This document shows positions 21,957 to 32,842 of a stretch of 64,000 nt of DNA, piece after piece. The number at the start of each line of letters is the position of its first letter. Within the stretch, counting starts at the first letter, position 1. Source of the stretch: an uncultured Acidobacteriota bacterium (GTDB lineage: Bacteria > Acidobacteriota > UBA6911); NCBI GenBank assembly GCA_963827655.1, contig CAWHCF010000008.1:1-64000 (forward strand), in the 5' to 3' direction. The notes below the pieces were generated by a model. That model was not told the origin of the DNA. It saw only the letters and a program-made list of their open reading frames with translations, and searched no databases. The position numbers were made by a program, and so were the translations under genes.

Positions 21957-22847
21957 CTACGAGTTTATCCTCCGGTTGAAAAAGTCTCGCGCGTGAAACA
22001 ACGTATCCATTTCCCAGGTCTTCTGGCGCAACAGGTGCCGCCGCACTTCAACATCCTGGCCATCGAGAACGATCTCCAGCATGCTGGCTGCTACGCCCGA
22101 ATGGTTCCGTTGTTTGAGAGACGGGCCTGGATTGAGGCACAGGGTCTCGGGCAGAAATTGAGGGCAGAAACCCCATACCGAGTGGATGTGTCCGTGACAA
22201 TAGACCGCCGGTGAGTATCGCGCCAGAAAAGCATGCATGTGCCTGCTTCCACGAAGCCCGTGACCGCGGTTCTCAATAATACCCGCGGGCAAGGCCACCG
22301 GATAGTGACAGGCAACCAGCAAACGCTTCGCCTTCATACCAGCCCTGTCCAGGAGTTCGGCTGCCCTTTGCAGTTGCTCGGCGGAAATCGTTCCGCGGGC
22401 GGAAAGCGGGTTAGGGTGGCAGGGATCAAGGCCCAGGATGGCGGTATCCTGTCCGATCTGTTTCAGCCAGGGGTAGGAGGGTGAAGGCGCGAATTCTGCG
22501 AAGTACTTTTCGAAAATGCCATTCCGATCCGACTCGCGGGTATAACGATCATGATTGCCGGGAACGACGGTCAAGAAAGAGGGGTTCTGTGGCAGAGCTA
22601 ACAGCGCCTGTCGCACGGCTTGAAATTCTTCGTCCAGCGCGGTGGTGGTTAGATCCCCCGTCACAAGCAGATGGTCCGGCTTCAGTTCCTTCACGCGCTC
22701 GACCAGCGTGGGCATCACTTCCAGCTTGTAAGCCCGGGCGCGGTTCAAGATCAGGTTTCCCATACCCAGGAGCCGCTTGCCCATCAGACGCATGGGATTC
22801 AGTGTAATGTGCCAGAAATGCAGGTCTGAGATATGAACGATACGCAT
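21957..22847 (-). CDS. Metallophosphoesterase (calcineurin-like)
   Basis: HISDLH, TGDL, PGNHD, HGHIH. Confidence 0.9.
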   Translation of the reverse strand: MRIVHISDLHFWHITLNPMRLMGKRLLGMGNLILNRARAYKLEVMPTLVERVKELKPDHLLVTGDLTTTALDEEFQAVRQALLALPQNPSFLTVVPGNHDRYTRESDRNGIFEKYFAEFAPSPSYPWLKQIGQDTAILGLDPCHPNPLSARGTISAEQLQRAAELLDRAGMKAKRLLVACHYPVALPAGIIENRGHGLRGSRHMHAFLARYSPAVYCHGHIHSVWGFCPQFLPETLCLNPGPSLKQRNHSGVAASMLEIVLDGQDVEVRRHLLRQKTWEMDTLFHARDFFNRRINS

Positions 22848-22941
22848 CCGTCAGGGTTTCCTCAGCGATCCCGTGAGTTCTCGCTTTTCCCGGTCAACCA
22901 TCCAAGCCCTCCGCTGTCAGGATGCAAAGATATCAGTTTCG

Positions 22942-23829
22942 CTACGCAGGAGGGAACAGGTGAAGTTGCAAATACAGAACCGTTATCGAGAGAAGCAGCC
23001 AGACGACGGCGGCCATCGCCAGAGGAATATCGCGGGTCAACATCTCGTCCGGGCCTTCCCCTTCTCTCTGCACAATGACGAGCATCAGGTAGCGCGCGAT
23101 TCCGAAAGCCACGGGAAGAATGGTCAGCAGGAAAGTCTCGTTGGTCTGGACCGTAACCGCGTAGATCGAGTAACAGACGAGCGCCGTGGTGGCGCTTATC
23201 GCAAGCATGATGTCGAGGAATTGCAGAGAGTAGGCGTCGAGGACCAGACGCCGGTTGACGCCGGCTGTCGAGCCCTGGTTCATGATCTCGCCCCGGCGCT
23301 TGCCCACAGCGATGAAGAGGGCCATGAAGAATGTGCACAGGATGATCCATGCGCTCTGAGGCGCTGCGATGGCCTCGATTCCGGACTGCACCCGGAGCAC
23401 GAAGCCCAGGGCAATGGCCATGACGTCGAGAATGGGGATGCGCTTCAGGCCCAGGCTGTAAAGCAGATTCAGCAGCACGAAAAGCGCGAGCAGCGCGCGA
23501 AATCGCGGAACCGTGAAATAGCAGGCGATGAGCGCGGCGGCAAGCAAGATCGCGGTCTCGGTCAGCGCCGCCTTCTTGCTAAGTGTTCCAGCCGCGACGG
23601 GACGCCGCCGCTTGACGGGATGAAACTGATCTTGAAGCCGGTCTCTCACGTCGTTGAAAGCGTAGATAGCGCTCGAGGCCAGGCAAAAGCAGAGAAAACC
23701 CAGGAGGCCCTGGAGCATCGACTCCGGGTCGAACAGGCGTCCGGAGAAGACGAGCGGAGCCAGACAGACCAGATTTTTGATCCACTGTCGCGGTCGGGCG
23801 GTGACCAAAAGGTCTGGCAAAGTCGGCAT
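22942..23829 (-). CDS. UbiA-family prenyltransferase (polyprenyl-phosphate phosphoribosyltransferase-like)
   Basis: RPRQWIKN, NDVRDRLQDQFHPVKRRRPVAAG, YSLGLK, KRRGE; multi-TM. Confidence 0.88.
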   Translation of the reverse strand: MPTLPDLLVTARPRQWIKNLVCLAPLVFSGRLFDPESMLQGLLGFLCFCLASSAIYAFNDVRDRLQDQFHPVKRRRPVAAGTLSKKAALTETAILLAAALIACYFTVPRFRALLALFVLLNLLYSLGLKRIPILDVMAIALGFVLRVQSGIEAIAAPQSAWIILCTFFMALFIAVGKRRGEIMNQGSTAGVNRRLVLDAYSLQFLDIMLAISATTALVCYSIYAVTVQTNETFLLTILPVAFGIARYLMLVIVQREGEGPDEMLTRDIPLAMAAVVWLLLSITVLYLQLHLFPPA

Positions 23830-23837
23830 GAGAGCGA

Positions 23838-24869
23838 TCAGGAGATGTGCTTCAATAGCCAGAGGAAGCCTTGCTTGACCGCCCGCCGGTGAATCGAGCG
23901 CGTTTCATTCTCATCGTCCTCGTTCCCGTGCGCCAGGTACCAGTCATACGATTGAGCGAATGTTTCGGCATTGCTGTATCTCGGTTTCCAACCCAGTTCC
24001 CGCATCGGTCGGGAAACGTCGAAGTAAAACGGCAGGTGATACGTGAGGTAGTGCCAGGGAGCAAGCGGGGAAAGACGCAGGATATCCAGCAGGCGAAGAA
24101 CGCTCACTACCGGCTGTGCCGGCGTTCCAACCACGCGAGCCCGGGTTCCAGCGTGGCGTATCAAGTCTGTGAGATCCTGACGCAGCGTTCCGAATCGCTC
24201 GGCCCCGATGTTGTACGCTCCGACCTTGCGCTGTTCGGTCAGAAGAAGGATAAACTCCAGCAGGTCGTGCGCGTGCACGAACTGGTAGGTGTGGTTGCCG
24301 TCGCCGATGACATAAATCCGGCGACCCTCGGAAATCCATTCGTAGAGAACCTTGAAGATACCGAGCCGCCCGGGCCCGACAATGGTGCGGGGCCGCACGA
24401 TAGCGCACCGCAGCCCCTGCGTGATTGAGTGATGTACACGGCGCTCCCCCTCCAGTTTAGAGCGTCCATATTCTTCGACCGGCTCCAGTGGAGTGGCGTC
24501 CGTTATGGGACAGCTTGCGGGAATGCCAAAAACCGCGCTGGTGGATATGTAAATGAAGAATTTCACTCCTGCTTTTCTGGCCGTATCGAGCGCGATCTGA
24601 GTTCCCTCGACGTTGACGCGCCAGAAACCGGACCCTGACTTTGTGATGGGCACGAGCGCGGCATTGTGATGCACCACATCGACTCCATGCATCGCTTCGA
24701 GAACGGTCGCCCGATCCAGGATGCTGCCTCGGATGAATTCCACATCCGGCGGCGATTTGGGTGGTTGGAGGAGATCGAGAATTCGAACCGTCTCCCCGCG
24801 CGCATGGAGCGCGTAGGCCGTCTGGCTTCCAAGAAACCCCGCGCCGCCAGTCACCAGGTGAGTTGCCAT
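23838..24869 (-). CDS. NAD-dependent epimerase/dehydratase
   Basis: TGGAGFLG, HNAA, YGRSK. Confidence 0.88.
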   Translation of the reverse strand: MATHLVTGGAGFLGSQTAYALHARGETVRILDLLQPPKSPPDVEFIRGSILDRATVLEAMHGVDVVHHNAALVPITKSGSGFWRVNVEGTQIALDTARKAGVKFFIYISTSAVFGIPASCPITDATPLEPVEEYGRSKLEGERRVHHSITQGLRCAIVRPRTIVGPGRLGIFKVLYEWISEGRRIYVIGDGNHTYQFVHAHDLLEFILLLTEQRKVGAYNIGAERFGTLRQDLTDLIRHAGTRARVVGTPAQPVVSVLRLLDILRLSPLAPWHYLTYHLPFYFDVSRPMRELGWKPRYSNAETFAQSYDWYLAHGNEDDENETRSIHRRAVKQGFLWLLKHIS

Positions 24870-24918
24870 GATTCCGTAGTGAAGATCCCGAGAAGCGCTG
24901 ACTCGATGGCGGCCGATT

Positions 24919-25971
24919 TTAAATCGGCTGGCCGTTGTCGAGGCACCAGCGAATGGAACGGCGCATTCCTTCTTCCAGATCAACTTTCGGGTCGTATCCA
25001 AGCTCCTTTTGCGCGAGCGCGATAGAACAGGCAATGGTCTTGTTCATCTCGGATAGCACGTGCAGTTTCTGATTGTATCGCCCGATTCCTTGAATCATCT
25101 TGTCCAGGAAAAGCGCAATCTCGCTGACGAAGCCGGGAAGATGCATCCTCCGATGAGCGACTTTCTTACCGAACTCCTGCTCCAGCAGGCGCTCGACCGT
25201 CCCGACAATTTCGTTCATGGTATAGGGACGCCGGTCAGCGATCCAATAGATGCGGCCCCGGGCAGCCTCGGCCTTCTCCGCCAGCAAGAGAGCCTGACAA
25301 ATGTTATCGACGTATGAAAGAGATCGCTTGGACTCTCCCGTCCCGACGATCGGAACCTTCCCCTCACGTATCATTCGAAAGAATCGAGTCTGACGCACAG
25401 GCTGGCCGGGGCCGTAGAACCAGCATGGCCGCAAGACCACGGTATCGATCTTCCTGGAATGGAACGCCTCCTGGAGCAGATCTTCCATGAGCTTCTTGGA
25501 TTTTCCGTAGTTCAGGTAGGGATTGTAGGGGCTTCTCTCGTCAAACACGTGTTCCGGAGTAGGGTTGAATCCGGCCGGGCTGTTGGACGAAACGGCAATC
25601 AGCCGGCGAGCTCCCACCGACAAAGCACCCTTCAAGACGTTCCGGATTCCCCCGACGTTTATATCGTATAGGTCGCGGATTCGGTTGGGGTGAATAATTC
25701 CGGTCAGGTGAAAAACCACCGCGTTCTCCGCCCCACGAAAGAAATCTTTCATCGAGAGCGGATCTCTCACGTCCCCCTCGAATACCTGTATCCTTGGGGA
25801 GATGTCGCGCAGAGTTCGGACAGGAGTACCCTTCAAGACCAGGCAGCGGATCTGACGGTGATCCTCCGGCGCAGCCATGCCGGGAACTTCCGGAATTCCA
25901 TTCACCAGCAGGCGCACGAAGCGGGTGCCGAGCCATCCCGGCGCCCCCGTAATCAAGGTCGACTGTTCCAT
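24919..25971 (-). CDS. NAD-dependent epimerase/dehydratase
   Basis: TGAPGWLG, YGKSK, RPCWFYGP. Confidence 0.88.
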   Translation of the reverse strand: MEQSTLITGAPGWLGTRFVRLLVNGIPEVPGMAAPEDHRQIRCLVLKGTPVRTLRDISPRIQVFEGDVRDPLSMKDFFRGAENAVVFHLTGIIHPNRIRDLYDINVGGIRNVLKGALSVGARRLIAVSSNSPAGFNPTPEHVFDERSPYNPYLNYGKSKKLMEDLLQEAFHSRKIDTVVLRPCWFYGPGQPVRQTRFFRMIREGKVPIVGTGESKRSLSYVDNICQALLLAEKAEAARGRIYWIADRRPYTMNEIVGTVERLLEQEFGKKVAHRRMHLPGFVSEIALFLDKMIQGIGRYNQKLHVLSEMNKTIACSIALAQKELGYDPKVDLEEGMRRSIRWCLDNGQPI

Positions 25972-26050
25972 AAGTTGTCGGTGCCAGGCCTTGAAAATAT
26001 CATTTCTGCGCGAAGAACGCGGCTGGAAAATGCATTTTCAGGCCTGACAC

Positions 26051-27370
26051 CTAAACCGGCAGACGCAGGCGGGCCGTGCAGCCGCTTGCCCGCGACCGAC
26101 TTTCCAACGTCAAGGCTCCGCCGTGGGCTTCCGCGATCTGGCGGCTCAGTACGAGACCGATTCCAGAACCCTGCGGTTTGGTAGTAAAGAAGGGAACAAA
26201 CAGATTAGCGGTATTCGAAAGACCGGGACCTTCGTCCTCGATCCATACTTCAATGTTGCTGCTGATCCTGGACCAGCCGACTCTTACCGCGCCGCCCGTT
26301 TGAAGCGCCGCGTCTACGGCATTGTGCACCAGGTTGATCAGGAGCTGGTCCAATTGATCGCCGTCCGCCTCGATGGTAAGGTCGGGACCCGGCACGATGG
26401 CTATTTGCAGTCGTGTCTCGAGCCGTATGACTCGACGAATCCAGGTTCCGACGTCGAGCAGCTGAAAGCGAGGCGGCGGGAGTTGAGCCAGTCGCGCGTA
26501 AGCGCTCATGAAACGGCTCAGAGCCTCTCCTCGAGCCCCGATCACGCCTAGACCGCGGCGCATGTCTTCCTGCCAGTCTACCGGAGGCGGCTCTCGAACC
26601 AGGAGGTTTTCCAGGCTGGCGGCGATTGATTTGATGGGAGCAAGGGAGTTGTTCAGTTCATGCCCCAGCACCCGGATCAGGCGCTTCCACGCCTGACGCT
26701 CCTCTTCGCGCAGCGCCCGGCTCATGTCGGACAGAACCAGTAACTGGTGCGGCAGTCCGGCCTGACGGAATGTAGTCCGGCGCATTTCAAAGCGACCCAT
26801 GCCGCCCGGGAAGAACGCTTCGAGCAGGCGGTGGTCGTCCCCCTCGAGGCAGTAGAGAAGCCCAAGTTCGGCGGCAGTCTGGTTCTGCAGGCGCTCGGAG
26901 GGTTGGGTCAACAAGCGCTCTCCGGCTCGATTTACCAATTTCAAGCGCTGGCCGCCGTCGAAGGCAAAGACCGCGACATCGATTTCCTCCATCACCTTGC
27001 GCAACAGCGCAGAAGCTTCGAGCGCGTCCAATCGCTGCAGCCGGAGAGTGGCGCCCAGGGCATTGACCTCCTGCGCGACCTCGCCCAACGGGTCGTTGCG
27101 CCGCGCGCTGCGCGCCCGGATCGAGTAATCTCCTTCGCGTAATGCCGCCAGAAGATTCGAGAGAGTCTGAAGAGGAAATACCACTCGCGTCCGCACGGCA
27201 AGTGAAAAACCCAGCCAGACGCCGATGATCAGCACTGTCAGTGTCCACTGGACCTTCGGAGTGTAGCCGCCGGTCCAGATCAGAAACAATGAGAGCAGGG
27301 AGCCCGGCAGACCTGCGAGCCAGGCCATCAGCACGATGCGTGAATCGTGGCTCAAGGAACGGCGGGTCAT
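26051..27370 (-). CDS. Sensor histidine kinase (TM-HAMP-PAS-HisKA-HATPase)
   Basis: HELNNSLAPI, NLVHNA, DEGPG, FFTTK..GSGIGL. Confidence 0.93.
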   Translation of the reverse strand: MTRRSLSHDSRIVLMAWLAGLPGSLLSLFLIWTGGYTPKVQWTLTVLIIGVWLGFSLAVRTRVVFPLQTLSNLLAALREGDYSIRARSARRNDPLGEVAQEVNALGATLRLQRLDALEASALLRKVMEEIDVAVFAFDGGQRLKLVNRAGERLLTQPSERLQNQTAAELGLLYCLEGDDHRLLEAFFPGGMGRFEMRRTTFRQAGLPHQLLVLSDMSRALREEERQAWKRLIRVLGHELNNSLAPIKSIAASLENLLVREPPPVDWQEDMRRGLGVIGARGEALSRFMSAYARLAQLPPPRFQLLDVGTWIRRVIRLETRLQIAIVPGPDLTIEADGDQLDQLLINLVHNAVDAALQTGGAVRVGWSRISSNIEVWIEDEGPGLSNTANLFVPFFTTKPQGSGIGLVLSRQIAEAHGGALTLESRSRASGCTARLRLPV

Positions 27371-27446
27371 ATCAATGCGATCCGTCAGCTTTGCGGCTTG
27401 GCGTCCTGGTGGTAAGCGCTCGAAAACAAAAGCTACCGCGAAGACG

Positions 27447-28817
27447 CTAGAGTCCGTAGCGCTGGAGGCGGCGGTAAAGGGCGCTGCGGCTCAGCCCCAA
27501 AGCCTCTGCCGCACGACTGACGTTCCCTTCGTAACGCGCTAGTGCCTTCTTTATCAGGAAGGACTCCACGTCCTCCAGACTCATTTCCTCCACCCTGGGT
27601 GAACCTTCCCGTGCCGAATGCAGCCCAAGATCGCCTGCGCGCACGACATCTCCCTGGGCCATCAGCACGGCGCGTTCGACGGTGTGATCCAGTTCGCGCA
27701 CATTTCCCGGCCACGAGTAACTCGCGAGCTGCGATGCGGCTGCTTCGTCAAATCCGGAGAGGTACTTGCGGTACCGCTGCGCATGCTGGCGGAGGAAATG
27801 GCTGGCCAGGAGCGGAATATCGGTGCGCCGATCGCGCAATGGCGGCAGCCGTATCTCGATGGTATTGAGCCGGTAGAGAAGGTCCTGACGAAAGTGCCCT
27901 GCGCTGACCTCTTGATTCAGGTCCGCGTTGGTGGCGGAGAGGATGCGCACATCGACCTTGCGCGTCTTCGAAGATCCGACTCGTTCGAATTCACCGGTCT
28001 CCAGAACGCGTAACAATTTGGACTGCAGGTTGAGCGATACATTCGCGATTTCATCCAGAAAGAGCGTGCCCCCATCGGCCAGTTCGAAGCGCCCGACTCG
28101 GTCGGCCTTGGCGTCGGTAAAAGCCCCCCTTACGTGACCAAAAAGCTCGCTCTCGAATACCCCCTCCGAGAGTCCGCCGGCGTTAACCGTAACCAAGGGC
28201 TTGGACGCGCGTATCGAAACCGTATGGAGCGTTTGGGCGATGACCTCCTTTCCCGTGCCGTGTTCACCCATGATGAGAACATTCGCATCCGAAGGGCCGA
28301 CGCGTGAGATCAGATCCAGAACCGGTTTCATGACCGTCGACTCGGCAATCAGTCTTGGACGCCCCTGGTCGCGCAACAACCGGTTTTCGGCCTCGAGGCG
28401 CTGCCCCTTGCGCAAGGCCTGGCCCAATTCAATTTGGGTGCGCAGGATGGTCAAAAGACGGGCGTTATCCCACGGCTTTTGGACAAAGTCCCGGGCGCCG
28501 CGGCGCATGGCCTCCACCGCGACTTCAACACTTCCCCATGCGGTCATCACGACGACGGGCAGCGTGCCGTCGAGTAGCTGGATGCGGGACAGAAGGTCCA
28601 GTCCTTCCTGTCCGGAAGTCGTGTCCCGCGCATAGTTGAGGTCCATGAGTACAACATCGAACTCGCGCCCCTCGAGAAGCTCCCATATCGCGGCCGGCGA
28701 GGTGGCGGCCTCGATCCGGAAACCTTCGCCTTTGAGAAGCATACGAAGCGCTTCCAGAACGTCAGGCTGATCGTCGGCAATCAGAATTCGATGTCTGGTT
28801 GAATCGAGTGACTTCAT
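27447..28817 (-). CDS. sigma54-dependent response regulator (NtrC family)
   Basis: Receiver domain, GEHGTGKE, ESELFGH..GAFTDA, WPGNVREL and a Fis-type HTH. Confidence 0.95.
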   Translation of the reverse strand: MKSLDSTRHRILIADDQPDVLEALRMLLKGEGFRIEAATSPAAIWELLEGREFDVVLMDLNYARDTTSGQEGLDLLSRIQLLDGTLPVVVMTAWGSVEVAVEAMRRGARDFVQKPWDNARLLTILRTQIELGQALRKGQRLEAENRLLRDQGRPRLIAESTVMKPVLDLISRVGPSDANVLIMGEHGTGKEVIAQTLHTVSIRASKPLVTVNAGGLSEGVFESELFGHVRGAFTDAKADRVGRFELADGGTLFLDEIANVSLNLQSKLLRVLETGEFERVGSSKTRKVDVRILSATNADLNQEVSAGHFRQDLLYRLNTIEIRLPPLRDRRTDIPLLASHFLRQHAQRYRKYLSGFDEAAASQLASYSWPGNVRELDHTVERAVLMAQGDVVRAGDLGLHSAREGSPRVEEMSLEDVESFLIKKALARYEGNVSRAAEALGLSRSALYRRLQRYGL

Positions 28818-29013
28818 AAAGTTGAGCGACCCTGAAACGCCTTCGCGTCCGGACGGAGGAACAAGAACCGCGGCAAAGACGAAAAACCGCCATGAATCAA
28901 TTACCACGAAGACGCGATTTTAACTCGGCTCCTTGAATAGCGCCAAGAACTCTTGACACCCATAGGGACCCGATTTAGTCTGACACAGGTTTCAGTTCTT
29001 TCCGGAATAAGGT

Positions 29014-31305
29014 ATGCGCCGCAGCATCTTGCCACCTTTATTTCTGCTCCTGGCTCTGGCCAGCTTCCCGTCGGGTTCGACTGACGCTCGGCCTGCGGTA
29101 CGGTCGCAGGAGGAGGATTTCAAGGCCACGGTCGCGCCGTTCATTGCGCGCCACTGCGCTCCCTGTCACGATTCAAAGCTGAGGACGGCCGGCCTTGACC
29201 TGGAGGCGTATCGTGAGGCCGGCGCCGCCTTTCAGGCCCAGGATGTCTGGCACAAAGTGCTCGACAAACTGCGCAGCGCCCAGATGCCCCCTCCGGGAAG
29301 GGTTCGCCCGGGCTCTGACGAGCTGAAGAGTGTGATGCGATGGATCGAGAAGTTCATTGGGGTTCCGCAGAGCCAAACGCCGGACCCGGGCCGGGTGACT
29401 GCGCGCCGGCTTAATCGGGTCGAATACAACAACACGATTCGCGATCTTCTGGCGCTCGACTTTCGCCCCGCTGACGATTTCCCGATCGATGATGAGGGCT
29501 ATGGGTTCGACAACATAGGGGACGTGCTGTCGCTCTCGCCGGTCTTGATGGAGAGATACCTGGCGGCCGCCGAGAAGATCGCGCGCAGCGTGATCATGGT
29601 TGGTCCGTCGATCCAGCCGACCGTGGAGCGGTACAGCGCAGAGAAACTGAAACAGGTCGGCGGCATCCAGACAAAGCATCGGTTTCCCACGGAGGCGGAG
29701 TATGACCTGCGGGCGGGTTTAGGCGGCATAAGGCCGGACGGATCGCCGGTCGTGAAACTGGCCCTCTCGCTCGATGGAGTTCAAATCAAGCTTTTCGAGG
29801 TCGATCCCGCGCGGAACAAGCCCAGGACTTTCGATGTCCGGTTGCCCGTTAAAGCGGGTGACCACGAGGTGGTTCTGTCGTTTGTCGACGACAGCTTCAA
29901 GCCCGAAGAGAATCCTATCGCCAGCCGCGACCGCTATCTGGCGATTGACTACGCGGAAATCCGTGGACCCTTTAATCCCGTAATGCCCCCTCTGACCGAG
30001 AGTCACAAGCGGGTTTTCAGCTGCGGGCACGCCAATGGTGATCACCGCCCCGAGTGTGCCCGGGTGATCGCAACCCACCTGACCCGCCGAGCTTTCAGGC
30101 GTCCTGCGACTGAAAACGAAATCGACGGGTTGGTCCGCTTGGTGGCTCTGGCCGAGCGAGAAGGAGATTCGTTTGAAGAGGGAGTCCGGGTGGCTCTCGA
30201 GGCGGTCCTGGTCTCTCCTCAGTTCCTGTTTCGGATTGAGCGCGACCCAAAACCGGATGACCCGGGTGAGATTCATCCGATCAGCGAGCATGAACTGGCT
30301 TCTCGTCTCTCGTACTTCCTCTGGAGCAGCATGCCCGACGACGAGCTTTTCCGCTGCGCCGATGACCAGACGTTGCGCAAGCCGGGCGTTCTGGAGGTCC
30401 AGGTCCGCCGAATGCTGGCCGATCCCAGATCGCGAGCCCTGGGGGAGAACTTTGCCGGACAATGGCTGCAGTTGCGTAACCTGGATCTTGTGAAGCCCGA
30501 CCCGGATCGCTTTCCCGAGTTTGATGAAGAGCTGCGTGAGGCCATGCGGCGCGAGACTCAGTTGTTCTTTGAAACTATCGTGCGCGAAGATCGCCCGATC
30601 CTGGATTTCATCGACGGCAGGTTCACGTTTCTGAACCAGCGTCTGGCCCGCCATTACGGCATAGCGGGAGTTGAGGGAGACCGGTTCCGGCGTGTTCGCC
30701 TGAAGGGAGATCAGAGAAGCGGGCTATTGACCCACGGGAGCATACTGACGGTTTCGTCCTATGCGACGCGGACTTCACCGGTTTTGCGGGGCAAGTGGAT
30801 ACTCGAGAACTTCCTCAACGCCGCGCCACCACCTCCTCCGCCCGGCGTCGCGAATCTGAACGAGGCAGCGGTCACGTCGTCTGCCACGCTTCGTCAACAA
30901 CTCGAGAAACATCGGTCCGATCCAAGCTGTGCTGTCTGTCATTCGCGCATGGATGCCCTCGGTTTTGGCCTTGAGAACTACGACGCGATCGGCGCCTGGA
31001 GAACCCGCGATGGAAAATTCCCGGTCGACTCGGCGGGCACTCTGCCCGGAGGCAAGACATTTCGTGGTTCGAGCGGACTCAAAGCCATTCTGAAAAGCGA
31101 TAGTGAAGCTTTCGCGCAATGTCTCACCGAAAAAATGCTAACCTACGCGCTGGGTCGTGGCCTTGAACCCTTCGATCGACCCGCGGTAGATTCCATCGCC
31201 CGCCGCCTCGCCTCGGGCGACTATCGGTTTTCACGTTTGGTCCTGGAGATCGTCAACAGCTTGCCATTCCAGATGCGAAGAGGAGAGGGAGGAAAACCAT
31301 CATGA
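29014..31305 (+). CDS. DUF1592/1588/1587/1585/1595 multi-domain protein with c-type heme motifs
   Basis: Signal peptide, CAPCH, RRLNRVEYNNT, LASRLSYFLWSSMPD, RTSPVLRG, CAVCH. TTGACA-N17-TAGTCT lies upstream. Confidence 0.9.
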   Translation: MRRSILPPLFLLLALASFPSGSTDARPAVRSQEEDFKATVAPFIARHCAPCHDSKLRTAGLDLEAYREAGAAFQAQDVWHKVLDKLRSAQMPPPGRVRPGSDELKSVMRWIEKFIGVPQSQTPDPGRVTARRLNRVEYNNTIRDLLALDFRPADDFPIDDEGYGFDNIGDVLSLSPVLMERYLAAAEKIARSVIMVGPSIQPTVERYSAEKLKQVGGIQTKHRFPTEAEYDLRAGLGGIRPDGSPVVKLALSLDGVQIKLFEVDPARNKPRTFDVRLPVKAGDHEVVLSFVDDSFKPEENPIASRDRYLAIDYAEIRGPFNPVMPPLTESHKRVFSCGHANGDHRPECARVIATHLTRRAFRRPATENEIDGLVRLVALAEREGDSFEEGVRVALEAVLVSPQFLFRIERDPKPDDPGEIHPISEHELASRLSYFLWSSMPDDELFRCADDQTLRKPGVLEVQVRRMLADPRSRALGENFAGQWLQLRNLDLVKPDPDRFPEFDEELREAMRRETQLFFETIVREDRPILDFIDGRFTFLNQRLARHYGIAGVEGDRFRRVRLKGDQRSGLLTHGSILTVSSYATRTSPVLRGKWILENFLNAAPPPPPPGVANLNEAAVTSSATLRQQLEKHRSDPSCAVCHSRMDALGFGLENYDAIGAWRTRDGKFPVDSAGTLPGGKTFRGSSGLKAILKSDSEAFAQCLTEKMLTYALGRGLEPFDRPAVDSIARRLASGDYRFSRLVLEIVNSLPFQMRRGEGGKPS

Positions 31306-32651
31306 CGCACCGCGAATTACCCAGGCGTACCTTCTTGAGAGGGTTGGGAACGGCCATTGCGCTGCCAGTGCTCGACGCAATGACTCCCTCAATTTTTGCG
31401 TCGAGAGCTTCGAAGTCGAGCCGTCCCGCCAGGATGGCATTCGTCTACGTTCCGAACGGCATCGACATGAGGAACTGGACGCCCGAAAAGCTGGGGACTG
31501 ACTTCGAGCTGCCTCGAATTCTGGCATCGCTGGCCCCTTACCGCGAAGACTTCATGCTGCTGTCGGGGCTTACGCACAACGGCGGCCGTGCTCTGGGAGA
31601 TGGTCCGGGCGATCACGCGCGGGCCGCGGCCAGCTTCCTCACCGGAGTCCATCCCAAAAAGACCGCCGGCGCCGATATCTGCGCCGGTGTTTCGGTAGAT
31701 CAGGTGGCGGCGCAGGAAATCGGCCGGGCGACGCGATTCGCCTCGCTGGAATTGGGCTGTGAAGACGGACGGCAGGTGGGGAACTGCGACTCGGGTTACA
31801 GCTGCGCTTACAGCAACAACCTTTCCTGGCGAACCTCTTCGGCGCCGATGCCGCCTGAGATCAATCCTCGATTAGTTTTCGAGCGACTCTTCGCCGGCGT
31901 GGAGCCGGGTGAAAGCGCCGCCAGCCGCGCCAAGCGCGAGCGCTACAAGAAGAGCATACTCGACCTCGTGTCCGAGGATACGCGCCGGTTGCAAGGAAGC
32001 CTTGGGCCAACCGACCGGCGCAAGCTGGACGAATACCTCTACGCAGTCCGTGATATTGAAGCTCGAATCGAGACGGCCGAGAGAGAGGACAAAGACTCGG
32101 TTCCTTCCATGGACAAGCCGGCGGGTGTTCCGGTCGATTTCAGCCAGCACGTCCATTTGATGTTCGATCTGATGACGATCGCATTTCAGGCCGATCTCAC
32201 CCGGATAGTAACATTCATGATGGGACGGGAAGGGAGTACTCGAACCTATCGGGAGATCGGTGTTTCAGACCCCCACCATCCCTTGACCCACCACCGGAAT
32301 GACCTTGAAATGCTCGAGAAGGTTTGCAAGATCAACTGCTTCCACGCCGAACAGTTCGCCTACTTGCTGGGGAAGCTGAAGGCGACTCCGGATGGGGAAG
32401 GGACCCTTCTCGATCACGCCATGGTTGTCTACGGCAGCGGCCTGAGCGACGGCAACAGGCATCACCACCACGATCTTCCCGTGTTGCTGGCCGGGCGCGG
32501 CGCCGGGAGCCTCCGTCCCGGGCGGCATGTGCGCTATCCTCAAGAAACCCCGATGACAAATCTCTACCTGACCATGCTCGATCACGCCGGGGTGCGAACC
32601 GAATCCCTGGGCGACAGCCAGGGACGGCTAGAGTACCTCCAGGATATCTAA
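31302..32651 (+). CDS. DUF1552-family protein (Tat-like signal)
   Basis: RRTFLRG, YVPNG, SVDQ..SLELG, GYSCAY, LDEYL; this is the usual partner of DUF1592 proteins. Confidence 0.9.
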   Translation: MTHRELPRRTFLRGLGTAIALPVLDAMTPSIFASRASKSSRPARMAFVYVPNGIDMRNWTPEKLGTDFELPRILASLAPYREDFMLLSGLTHNGGRALGDGPGDHARAAASFLTGVHPKKTAGADICAGVSVDQVAAQEIGRATRFASLELGCEDGRQVGNCDSGYSCAYSNNLSWRTSSAPMPPEINPRLVFERLFAGVEPGESAASRAKRERYKKSILDLVSEDTRRLQGSLGPTDRRKLDEYLYAVRDIEARIETAEREDKDSVPSMDKPAGVPVDFSQHVHLMFDLMTIAFQADLTRIVTFMMGREGSTRTYREIGVSDPHHPLTHHRNDLEMLEKVCKINCFHAEQFAYLLGKLKATPDGEGTLLDHAMVVYGSGLSDGNRHHHHDLPVLLAGRGAGSLRPGRHVRYPQETPMTNLYLTMLDHAGVRTESLGDSQGRLEYLQDI

Positions 32652-32842
32652 GGGTCTTTGTGTTTCTTAGGCGCTTAGCAAAACGTTCAGACCAACATGT
32701 TGTCGTTCAGAAGAGGCCTTCTTTCTGGGCGAAGTCCCGAACGAATCTTAGTGTCTTCGTGTCCTCGTGGTATTTGTTTCGCACCTTAAGGAAGCACGAA
32801 GCACCGACGAGTGACAAGGTTGCTATGTGATCGCGCCAGGGT

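Noticed and set aside
25975-29013. sigma54 promoter for the NtrC-like regulator's target
   Set aside because: No properly spaced TGGCAC-N5-TTGC was found in the adjacent intergenic regions.
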